Below the pieces are notes generated by a model, which saw nothing but the letters and a program-made list of their open reading frames with translations, was not told the origin of the DNA and ran no database searches. A stretch of DNA of 64,000 nt from Herpetosiphon gulosus (lineage in GTDB: Bacteria > Chloroflexota > Chloroflexia > Chloroflexales > Herpetosiphonaceae): assembly GCF_039545135.1 (NCBI RefSeq), contig NZ_BAABRU010000004.1:130427-194426 (forward strand), given 5' to 3'. The position numbers and the translations under genes were made by a program. Below, in pieces: positions 39,486 through 47,323 of this stretch (its first letter is position 1; each line of letters begins with the position of its first letter).

Positions 39486-41352
39486 CCAGATCGGTATCTG
39501 GCTCGGCGGCTAGACTACGGGTTAATTGGGGAGCCTCGGTTTCAACCTTGCGACCTGTTTCAACCCAGAGCGTTTGTGGAAAACTGGCGCTATGTTCAGG
39601 CCCAGTTTGGGCGATGATAATGCCCACGGTATCCCATTCGTTGGTAAATTTAGTAATTGCCGGCACGGTTGGAATATGGCCTGGTGGAATGCTCTCAGTG
39701 TAGACCATCCCGCGCAGCCACTTGCGGCGGGTAGTCGGCGCGAAGGCTTGGGCACGCTCTTCAGGCGTAGCATCAGGGTTCATAATAATCTGGTAGCTCT
39801 CTTGGCTAAGCACATCGTTGGGCACACGAGCAGGCCAAAAAGTGGGCAAATAGGTTCCGGCATAGCCCATATAGGCTGAGAGACAGCTTGAAGTATCGGT
39901 TTGCCAAGGCACGGCCATCCAACGGGTGATCGCCCCAGCATCGCTGGCATACAACATCCCATTGGGAGCTAAGGCAGTAGCCGCATCAAGCGTATCGCCC
40001 CAATCTGGCTCAGGGCTGGTGCGACGTTTGAGCCGAAATGGCGCTACATACATCGAAGCATGACGTAACGGCCAAGTGAATTCGCAGCCGGGGTGAAACG
40101 GGCCGCCCAAGGTTGCATCAAGCGCTGCCCGCGTGAGATTGTAGGCCTGTTCAGCCGGATCAAGCTGCTCCCACGACCTGACCACGGGCAAACCATCGGC
40201 AATAAAATCGCCATTGGCCCATTGCTCGAGCCAACGATATTGGCTTGGCAGAATTGCTTGCCACTCCTGCGGATCGGTGGTTTTGGTGTTGAGCGTAATC
40301 GCATCGCCATAAAACAATGGCAGGCCTTCGGGATCGATATAGGGATTACTGGGACTGCGCATTTGAGCTAAAACAGCTTGGCGCAATGGTTCGCTAGCAG
40401 CACTAGGATCGCCCAAGTGGGCGATCAACTCGGGATTATTGAAATCACTGGGGCTGCCCCAACCAAAACTACGGGCAAACCCAGCGTTAACCCATTGCAA
40501 CTGACTAAAGCGTGAGAGCAGGGGATAAATTTCGCTGCTAAAACGTGGCTTGGCTGGTGCAAGCGTCGGATCAAGCTGCATCGCCACTTCAAATAGCAAA
40601 TCGTAGCCTGTCATAATCGAATTTGTGCCTGGGGCATAATCAGGTGGCGCAACAATCACCCAAGCATGAGTTGCCTGTAAAACGCGGCCATCACTCAATT
40701 TGACCACGGCCTCAATCGGGCCATCGGCAGTATCGTCGTGCCAATCATCGTTATCGGCAAAGGTGGTTAAGGGCTTACCATGGGCTGAAGCTGAGTGACC
40801 ACGTCCGCCCAGCACAATCAAATTGCCCTGTTCATCGGTGCGCAATTCGCCCAAATAAACTTGCTTGCCAAAGAATGTGCCCTGATCAAAGGCATAGATC
40901 GCCTCTGCTCCCTGAGGGTTGACATTTAGGCCACAAATACTGCGTGTGCCACCGTCGATTGTCAATTGATCGCGCTTGGTTACATCAGCATTGCGGCGCT
41001 TGCTGACAATTTTGCCATCGGCCGAGGCCGGAATATCCAGCGCTTGGATAAATTCGTACCACGCGGCTTTTTGATTGGCGAGCTGCGCCGTCCAGACAAT
41101 TTCTTGCAGATCAGGATTGGTTTGGTTTAACTCGCAAATCACCTCACCTGCGGAATTCAAGCCATAAACCCGAAACCGCGCCGCTTGGCGTTTGATCGCG
41201 CCACTAGGATCGCGAAACAAGTCGGGGTCAACTTGAGGCGCACCCAACACTTCGGGGCCATAAAAAAATTCATTTGGGCTATTTCCGACGCGAGCAAAGC
41301 CAACCGGAGGATAAATCGCAACGCTGACAATCTCAGCACAAGCCATAATCAA
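39409..41352 (-). CDS. lodA: LodA/GoxA-family quinoprotein amino-acid oxidase (cysteine tryptophylquinone, H2O2-generating)
   Basis: Multiple blocks match LodA of Marinomonas mediterranea as I recall it: VAIYPPVGFARVGNS (LodA VHPSIGVARLGNA), VWTAQLANQKAAWYEF (LodA WTVHLANKKAAWYEF), GNLIVLGGRG (LodA GRLIVLGGYG) and AVPWQTDTSSC (LodA ACPWQADFFNC, which has the CTQ Trp). A candidate CTQ Cys lies in HPGCEFTW. 647 aa. Confidence 0.85.
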   Translation of the reverse strand: MIMACAEIVSVAIYPPVGFARVGNSPNEFFYGPEVLGAPQVDPDLFRDPSGAIKRQAARFRVYGLNSAGEVICELNQTNPDLQEIVWTAQLANQKAAWYEFIQALDIPASADGKIVSKRRNADVTKRDQLTIDGGTRSICGLNVNPQGAEAIYAFDQGTFFGKQVYLGELRTDEQGNLIVLGGRGHSASAHGKPLTTFADNDDWHDDTADGPIEAVVKLSDGRVLQATHAWVIVAPPDYAPGTNSIMTGYDLLFEVAMQLDPTLAPAKPRFSSEIYPLLSRFSQLQWVNAGFARSFGWGSPSDFNNPELIAHLGDPSAASEPLRQAVLAQMRSPSNPYIDPEGLPLFYGDAITLNTKTTDPQEWQAILPSQYRWLEQWANGDFIADGLPVVRSWEQLDPAEQAYNLTRAALDATLGGPFHPGCEFTWPLRHASMYVAPFRLKRRTSPEPDWGDTLDAATALAPNGMLYASDAGAITRWMAVPWQTDTSSCLSAYMGYAGTYLPTFWPARVPNDVLSQESYQIIMNPDATPEERAQAFAPTTRRKWLRGMVYTESIPPGHIPTVPAITKFTNEWDTVGIIIAQTGPEHSASFPQTLWVETGRKVETEAPQLTRSLAAEPDTDLVDSDLNWPQQRLKRGRKNAAEANND

Positions 41353-41388
41353 ATCTCCTTAATAAACCATTCAAACATTTTTTAAAGG

Positions 41389-42402
41389 CTAAGTTAAATC
41401 GTGACGAGGTTGGCGTGGCTCCACAAGCGGAATGCCATTACGTTGGCGGCGCAACTCTGCCGAAGCTTGATAGACCACTTTGCGAGCTTCACTAATACTG
41501 CCGACTGGAGCGTGTTCGGGCAGTGCATGCCATGGGTTGAAGGCCAGATTTTCAACGTAAGCGGCTTGACCAGGCGCATCAATATCTTGTTGGGGCAGGG
41601 TTAGGGTTGCCACATGCAGCGGCGGCGCTAGCTCGGTTGACCATTCGACGGTTGCAGCATCCAACGGCATCAGCTTAGGATTGGTGCGCAGTTGAATGCT
41701 AAAGTGCAGATCAATCGGGCCGGCCAACAAGCGACTATGCAGATCATCGTGCAAAAAGTTGGGGTTGAGCTGTGGGTTGCTCGGCGGTTGCGGATTGAGC
41801 GATTCAAGCGCCAAGTGATATTTGACGTAACGGCCTTGACCAAAAGCATAGGGCAGACCGCTCCAATAAACTGCATCGAAGACACTAGCCAAATTTTGCT
41901 GCATCAGATCAAGAATTTTGCGGGTTTTGGGGTGTTTGGCGAGATAGGCATCATAGCCATCACCTACCAAGCCTTCGTAGGTAAATTCGCACATATCCTT
42001 GGCGGTATCGACAAAAAAGACTGGATAATTTTGCAAGACCAAATCGTGAGTTAATGCATCTTCTTCACCAGTTAATAATTTACGACCGTGTACCCCAAAT
42101 AGCTTGATCCCTACACCCAAGGTTGTGCCAAGATCGCTGGCAAACGGCACGGTATCGCTGGAAAAGCGCAGCCAAGCCGCAAGCTGATCGTAAGCCAACA
42201 AGCCAACTCGTAGCTCGGCTGGCAAATCGGGGCGAACCCACCAAGTCGCTTTGGCCCCACCGTGCGGCTTAAGAAACACCGCCCGTCGAACCGGATCTTG
42301 TCCGGCGTTAATCCGCGTGCCCATAGTTTTGTTGACAAATAGCTGGCGTAGTTGGGTGATGGGATCAGCACATGGACAATCGTGAGCATGATCTGAACTC
42401 AT
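41389..42402 (-). CDS. Small catalase-related haem protein (mini-catalase or peroxidase-like)
   Basis: 337 aa. The C-terminal SEARKVVYQASAELRR fits the catalase proximal ligand motif R-x3-Y-x2-S-x3-R. RRAVFLKPHGGAKA resembles the distal RVVHAKGxGA region. Confidence 0.45.
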   Translation of the reverse strand: MSSDHAHDCPCADPITQLRQLFVNKTMGTRINAGQDPVRRAVFLKPHGGAKATWWVRPDLPAELRVGLLAYDQLAAWLRFSSDTVPFASDLGTTLGVGIKLFGVHGRKLLTGEEDALTHDLVLQNYPVFFVDTAKDMCEFTYEGLVGDGYDAYLAKHPKTRKILDLMQQNLASVFDAVYWSGLPYAFGQGRYVKYHLALESLNPQPPSNPQLNPNFLHDDLHSRLLAGPIDLHFSIQLRTNPKLMPLDAATVEWSTELAPPLHVATLTLPQQDIDAPGQAAYVENLAFNPWHALPEHAPVGSISEARKVVYQASAELRRQRNGIPLVEPRQPRHDLT

Positions 42403-42456
42403 ACAAGCTCCTCATTGCAGCGTGATCGATGAGGGCAGCCAATTTTAAGAATATTC

Positions 42457-42560
42457 CCTCACCCCCACCCCTCTCCCACTGCGGCGGGAGAAGGACAACT
42501 GGCGGGATAGTTCCCCCTCGCCTCGCTTGCGGGAGCGGGGCCAGGGAGTGAGGGATGGAG
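42457..42560. repeat. Family A palindromic repeat (degenerate unit)
   Basis: tccctcacccccacccctctcccactgcggcgggagaagg ... gggagcggggccagggagtgaggg. Confidence 0.8.
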
Positions 42561-42612
42561 ATTATTGTCAATCCAATAAACTATTTCGCCTAGCAATTGA
42601 CTGCTTAGTTAA

Positions 42613-43509
42613 TTAACGTAAGAAGGGCTGGTTAATTAGACTATTTGGACACTCAAGTTGGGGAATTTGTTGAAACTTGTTGTCGTAGAGGCTGCGGCGC
42701 AGTTGTTCGCCCAGGTTGGCATAGCTAATTTGGGGATTTTCGCTGAGGATATTTTTCAAAAAGAAGGTCATTGCACCATGGTAGGTTCCGCCAAAATTGG
42801 CATCGGCGGCAACTTGCTCGGCCTTACAAGCAGAAATCAAAACCGTATTTTCGTGCTGTGGGCGTTGACCAAAGCTCTGTTTTTGCAACGAACTGACTAA
42901 ATCGCCTGCAAACTTGGCAATTTCGGTTGGGTCGGCGCTCCGTTGTTGCAGATCAAGAATTTGCTGCGCCACACTATCAACCTGTTGCTGTTGATAGGCC
43001 TGCTTTTTGGCACGAATTTCGTCAAAAACTGCTTTGGCGGGAGTTAAGGTGCGATACCGAATATCGGCAAATGGATCTTTGCTGATCGTGCCCGAATGAC
43101 AACAATCCATCAATAAAATCAGCCGCGTTGTGCCCAAAAAACCTTGGTACAGCTCAGCCAAATGGTCATCGGTAAGCAGGCCAGCGCTAGGATAATCGAT
43201 CGGAGCAAGACATTCATCAGCACCATCGGGTTCATCACCATTTTGATCAGGCTGCTGCACCCCATGGCCAGCATAATGAAAAATCCGAATTTCCGGCTGA
43301 CCATCGTTGAGCGGTTCGGCGAGCCAGCGCAAATTATCGATAATCGCTTGGCGCGTAGCAGCAGCATCGGTGATCAAACGCAGCTGATCATCGGCAGCAG
43401 CATGCTGGGCTTTAAACAACTCACGAACTGCACTTACATCGTTAACACAGCCCTTGAGTGGCCGCTCGCTATAACTATTGATTCCCACAAATAAGCCACG
43501 AATACCCAT
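42613..43509 (-). CDS. Caspase-like peptidase C14 domain protein (standalone)
   Basis: p20-like fold markers GINSYSERPLKGCVNDV, His dyad context HYAGHGVQ, and catalytic Cys context LLMDCCHSG. 298 aa, with no fused effector domain. Confidence 0.8.
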   Translation of the reverse strand: MGIRGLFVGINSYSERPLKGCVNDVSAVRELFKAQHAAADDQLRLITDAAATRQAIIDNLRWLAEPLNDGQPEIRIFHYAGHGVQQPDQNGDEPDGADECLAPIDYPSAGLLTDDHLAELYQGFLGTTRLILLMDCCHSGTISKDPFADIRYRTLTPAKAVFDEIRAKKQAYQQQQVDSVAQQILDLQQRSADPTEIAKFAGDLVSSLQKQSFGQRPQHENTVLISACKAEQVAADANFGGTYHGAMTFFLKNILSENPQISYANLGEQLRRSLYDNKFQQIPQLECPNSLINQPFLR

Positions 43510-43701
43510 AGTGCAAACTCCTCAGCGCTAATTTTTTTGGGATGATTGCAGCGTGGCTATACAGTAGTAGAGCGTTATAGCCCTGTCAAGAGCAAAACCA
43601 GCGCATGCAAAACCAGCATAATCAGGTACAATAGGCGCAGATGGGGGCAAAGAACTAGTTGTTCTTTGCTCCCCTTTTGCGAACAATGGAGGACAAACGG
43701 C

Positions 43702-44355
43702 GTGAGCGCAGAGCAACGACCAATTGTGATTGGGGTCGCTGGCGGAACTGGATCAGGCAAAACTACCGTTTCTCAGGCGATTCTTAGTCGCGTCGGGCCA
43801 TCACGAATTGCATTTTTACAGCACGATTCCTATTATCGTGATTTTGCTGAGCTTTCGTTTGAAGAACGCTTGCGAGTCAATTTCGATCATCCTAATTCAC
43901 TCGATAGCAATTTGCTGGCGCAACATATCGAAGCCTTATGCAATGGTGAGACGATTGAGGTACCAATTTATGATTTTACCCACTATAGCCGTCGGCCTGA
44001 GGTGATGCATGTGCAACCGCGTCCGGTTATTTTGGTCGAAGGCATTTTGATTTTTGCCGAAGCGGTGTTGCGCCAATGCATGGATGTAAAAATTTATGTT
44101 GATGCTGATGCTGATTTGCGCTTTATTCGCCGCCTCAAACGCGATATTGCCGAACGTGGCCGCTCAATCGAATCGGTGATCGAGCAATATACCAACACCG
44201 TGCGCCCGATGCACCTTGAATTTGTCGAGCCAACCAAGCGCTATGCCGACATTATTATTCCACGCGGTGGCTTAAATGCGATTGCGATCGATATGGTGAT
44301 TGCCCGCGTTGAGTATTTGTTGGCCGAGAGCGAGAAAGTTAAGGATGAAGGATGA
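43702..44355 (+). CDS. udk: Uridine kinase
   Basis: GTG start after ggagg (VSAEQRPIVIGVAGGTGSGKTT P-loop). The ORF track shows a longer TTG/ATG-extended version from 43546. Confidence 0.85.
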   Translation: MSAEQRPIVIGVAGGTGSGKTTVSQAILSRVGPSRIAFLQHDSYYRDFAELSFEERLRVNFDHPNSLDSNLLAQHIEALCNGETIEVPIYDFTHYSRRPEVMHVQPRPVILVEGILIFAEAVLRQCMDVKIYVDADADLRFIRRLKRDIAERGRSIESVIEQYTNTVRPMHLEFVEPTKRYADIIIPRGGLNAIAIDMVIARVEYLLAESEKVKDEG

Positions 44356-44450
44356 ATTATGAGGGATGAAGAACAGAGAGCATAGAATATCAATGGAAAT
44401 CGGGATTGGTTTTTAACGCAGCGGTGCAGAGAAATTAATGGCTATTAGTT

Positions 44451-44575
44451 ATTGATCCACGAAGAGCACGAAGGGTAAAACCACGAAGGACGCGAAGAGC
44501 GCGAAGGGTGCTTAACCCACAGCCTACAGCCCTGATCCCTAACACCTGGCCCCTCATCATTCTCTGTGCCGCTGC
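44451..44575. repeat. Left copy of a 125-bp perfect direct repeat (family C) flanking the SUKH gene
   Basis: attgatccacgaagagcacgaagggtaaaaccacgaaggacgcgaagagcgcgaagggtgcttaacccacagcctacagccctgatccctaacacctggcccctcatcattctctg is essentially identical to 45137..45262. The reverse-complement cccttcgtgctcttcgtggatcaa motif also occurs at 60120-60180, 48960-49000 and 31441-31475. Confidence 0.9.
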
Positions 44576-44597
44576 CTCCTGAATCTTGCCCCTAGGC

Positions 44598-45101
44598 TCA
44601 ATCGTCATCATCAAGCGGGCGTTCTGGCGACAAGCTATCAACAAATGCTTGGAATGAAGGGCTACAATACGACACATTGTAATACAGATCGCCCTCATCT
44701 TCGGACTCTAGCTCAAATTCATGATCCCAAAAATAGACCTTGCCTCGCTGCTCACCACGAATTCCCAAGCAAATCACATTACCACCAGGATCGCAAGCAA
44801 TTGGCAGAAGTTCAAGTGGAATTCGTGTTTCATACGCGGTGTATGTTCTAATCGTATCTCGAATTTCATAGTATTCTGAGGCTGGATCAAGGGTAAGAAA
44901 GAAGTGGATCATACTTTCATCATCAGGCAACAATAAGGGGCTTCCGGTTTTGAAAACGGTTAGCTCAGGTTGGCCACCATTATGTTCAAGCAAAAATGAC
45001 CGATAATCTTCTGGCAATCGACAGCCCAACTCTTGCTCAAAAGCCGCCACTTCGGCCTCATTAGTTGGAGTAAAGCCATCAACAATTGTTATGTTCATCA
45101 C
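44598..45101 (-). CDS. SMI1/KNR4 (SUKH-1) family immunity-type protein
   Basis: The N-terminus EAEVAAFEQELGCRLPEDYRSFLLEHNGG is the canonical SUKH-1 motif. 167 aa with an acidic C-terminus. Confidence 0.75.
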   Translation of the reverse strand: MMNITIVDGFTPTNEAEVAAFEQELGCRLPEDYRSFLLEHNGGQPELTVFKTGSPLLLPDDESMIHFFLTLDPASEYYEIRDTIRTYTAYETRIPLELLPIACDPGGNVICLGIRGEQRGKVYFWDHEFELESEDEGDLYYNVSYCSPSFQAFVDSLSPERPLDDDD

Positions 45102-45136
45102 ATCTCCTCAAAATTAAAACATGCCAGCCAATAAAT

Positions 45137-45262
45137 ATTGATCCACGAAGAGCACGAAGGGTAAAACCACGAAGGACGCGAAGAGCGCGAAGGGTGCTTA
45201 ACCCACAGCCTACAGCCCTGATCCCTAACACCTGGCCCCTCATCATTCTCTGCGCCGCTGCA
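45137..45262. repeat. Right copy of the 125-bp direct repeat (family C)
   Basis: See 44451..44575. The copies differ by 1 nt near the 3' end (tgtgcc versus tgcgcc). Confidence 0.9.
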
Positions 45263-45297
45263 TTAAATTCTGAATCCTGAACCCTATAATCTCTGCG

Positions 45298-46224
45298 CTA
45301 TCTAGGCTCAGCTTTTTGACTTTTGACTTTTGACTTTTGACTTGCTCTCCGTTCCCGTTTGCCGCGCTCCAAATGCTGCTTGATCAACCCTTCAACTGCG
45401 CTACGATCAGCGCTGATTTGAGCTTGAATTGCACGGCGAGTTGCGAGGGTTTGCTTGAAATTGCGGCCATGCCAGATCCAAACATTCAGCATTGCCAGAT
45501 TACGCTGGCGCAAACTGACAACCGCTGTTTTGGCTAGCATACGCAAGCTATAGCTCAATACCGCCGACCATGGCCGCAGCTTCAGGTAACAATACAAACC
45601 GTTTTTGCTGCTCTCGACCAGCCAACGTTGGCCGCCGCCGCTACCACCGCGCTCGTGCACCACCAACGCCTCAAAATCTTCGAGCACCTGCCAACCCAAC
45701 AACCATGCCCGCCAGCATAATTCAGTATCTTCCCAATACAAGAAAATAGCTGGATCAAAACCGCCAATCGCTTGCCAAGCGCTGCGCCGAAACAACATCG
45801 CACAGCCTGGCACCGCCGCCGTGATCGCTACACCTTGGCGGGTGGGCGGCGCTTGATTAGGATACAAGGTGGTTGGGCAAATAATCGCCGCTTGGGGATT
45901 GGCTGCTAGATGTTGGCGCAATAGGGTCAACCAATTGGGAGTGATTTGTACATCGGGATTGAAAAATAAAAAATATTCGCCAGTTGCCGCCACCATGCCT
46001 TGATTGCATGCCGCACCAAAGCCATGATTATGTTGATTGTCAATCAGCTGAACCTGCGGATACTGCTGACGCACCAACTCGGCAGATCCATCGCTTGAAG
46101 CATTATCAACTACAATTAATTGATAATTGTCGTCGTTGGTGGTGGCGAGGCTGGCAAAACAAGCGGGCAATAGTTCGGCGCTGTTATAGCTCACGATGAT
46201 GATCGAAATTTGACCTGGAATCAT
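45298..46224 (-). CDS. Glycosyltransferase family 2
   Basis: ISIIIVSYNSAELL and DNASSDGS motifs. The C-terminal tail (SQKSKVKSQKAEPR) is encoded by a (gactttt)x4 heptamer tract at 45307-45345. Confidence 0.85.
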   Translation of the reverse strand: MIPGQISIIIVSYNSAELLPACFASLATTNDDNYQLIVVDNASSDGSAELVRQQYPQVQLIDNQHNHGFGAACNQGMVAATGEYFLFFNPDVQITPNWLTLLRQHLAANPQAAIICPTTLYPNQAPPTRQGVAITAAVPGCAMLFRRSAWQAIGGFDPAIFLYWEDTELCWRAWLLGWQVLEDFEALVVHERGGSGGGQRWLVESSKNGLYCYLKLRPWSAVLSYSLRMLAKTAVVSLRQRNLAMLNVWIWHGRNFKQTLATRRAIQAQISADRSAVEGLIKQHLERGKRERRASQKSKVKSQKAEPR

Positions 46225-47276
46225 GCGGGTTTCTCAAATAAACGGCGATAGACTGCCGCAGTTTGGCTAGCAATCTGGCCCCAATCGAGCGCTTGAACTG
46301 TTTGGAGCGCGTTTTTGCGCAAGGCTTGTGGGTTGGGATGGGCGGAGGCTCGTTGCAAAGCGACAGATAAGCTAGCCGAATTATTGACCTCAAACAAAAA
46401 GCCATTCTCGCCATCGCGAATCAATTCGCGTACTGGCGGCAAATCAGGGGCGATCACTGGCGTGGCATACGAAAGTGCGGCCAGCAACATACCTGAGGTC
46501 AAGGTTTTGCGATAAGGTAACACCACCACATCCGCTGCTGCAAACCAAGCAGGCAAGAGGGCATCGGCAATGAACTGGGGCCGTAGCGTGATGCTAGGGT
46601 CGGTTGCATGTTGCTGCAAGTGTTCAGCATAGCGTGGATCTTTGGCTGCACCCACAATCAGCAAGCGGCCAAGCTCGGCAGACCAAGCCTCAAGCAACAA
46701 TTCCACACCTTTGTAGGGACGCAATGTGCCAAGATTGAGTGCAACAAAGCCTTTGGGTACTAATTGCAAATGCTCACGCGCTGCTGCTTGTTCCAAGGGT
46801 TCGCCATAAATCCCAATATACGAGCCATGGGCAATCACGTTGGTTTTAGCGGCAACTCGATAGCGTTGATCAAGCAGTTGAGCGGCGGCCTGCGAATGCA
46901 CAATAATTTGATCAGCCGCCTGCGCCATAGCTTGATAACAACGCTGTGCCCATTGCGGGTAGCATAATTCATGTGGTTCTAAGTTGTGAGCCGTCCAAAC
47001 CAATCTTGCCCCACGCCAACCTAGCAAGCGCAATAGCGCAATAAAGCTCATGCTGCGCAATGCGGTTGCCGCTTGGCTAGGCTGCTGGGTCAGTTCATCG
47101 AAAAAATGCCAATGCAATACTCGTTGATCGCCATGCAATAAGCCATGATGTAAGGTTTGAGCAAATGGCAGCCGCACAATCGGCACATCAGGCCATGCGC
47201 CAAATGGCGCATACAACAAATCAAGATATGGGTTAGTCGCCAATAAACGCGGAATCGGATAGATCGTGATACTCAT
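46221..47276 (-). CDS. Glycosyltransferase family 4-like (GT-B)
   Basis: Start MSITIYPIP at 47276. It has a C-terminal EGFGLP-like region (ENGFLFEV). 4-nt overlap with the GT2 gene. Confidence 0.7.
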   Translation of the reverse strand: MSITIYPIPRLLATNPYLDLLYAPFGAWPDVPIVRLPFAQTLHHGLLHGDQRVLHWHFFDELTQQPSQAATALRSMSFIALLRLLGWRGARLVWTAHNLEPHELCYPQWAQRCYQAMAQAADQIIVHSQAAAQLLDQRYRVAAKTNVIAHGSYIGIYGEPLEQAAAREHLQLVPKGFVALNLGTLRPYKGVELLLEAWSAELGRLLIVGAAKDPRYAEHLQQHATDPSITLRPQFIADALLPAWFAAADVVVLPYRKTLTSGMLLAALSYATPVIAPDLPPVRELIRDGENGFLFEVNNSASLSVALQRASAHPNPQALRKNALQTVQALDWGQIASQTAAVYRRLFEKPA

Positions 47277-47323
47277 AGTTTTGCGTTGGCCGCCAAGCGC
47301 GACCAACGCCCTACAAAATAATT

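Noticed and set aside
43640-43675. Hairpin gggggcaaagaac-tagt-tgttctttgctcccc upstream of udk (riboswitch or terminator)
   Set aside because: No gene ends upstream on either strand, and it is too short to be a known riboswitch class. I note it only as a possible operator or 5'-UTR structure.
43546-43701. N-terminal 52-aa extension of the uridine kinase ORF
   Set aside because: The extension is Arg/Ser-rich with no homology. A GTG preceded by ggagg at 43702 gives a canonical 217-aa Udk that begins right before the P-loop.
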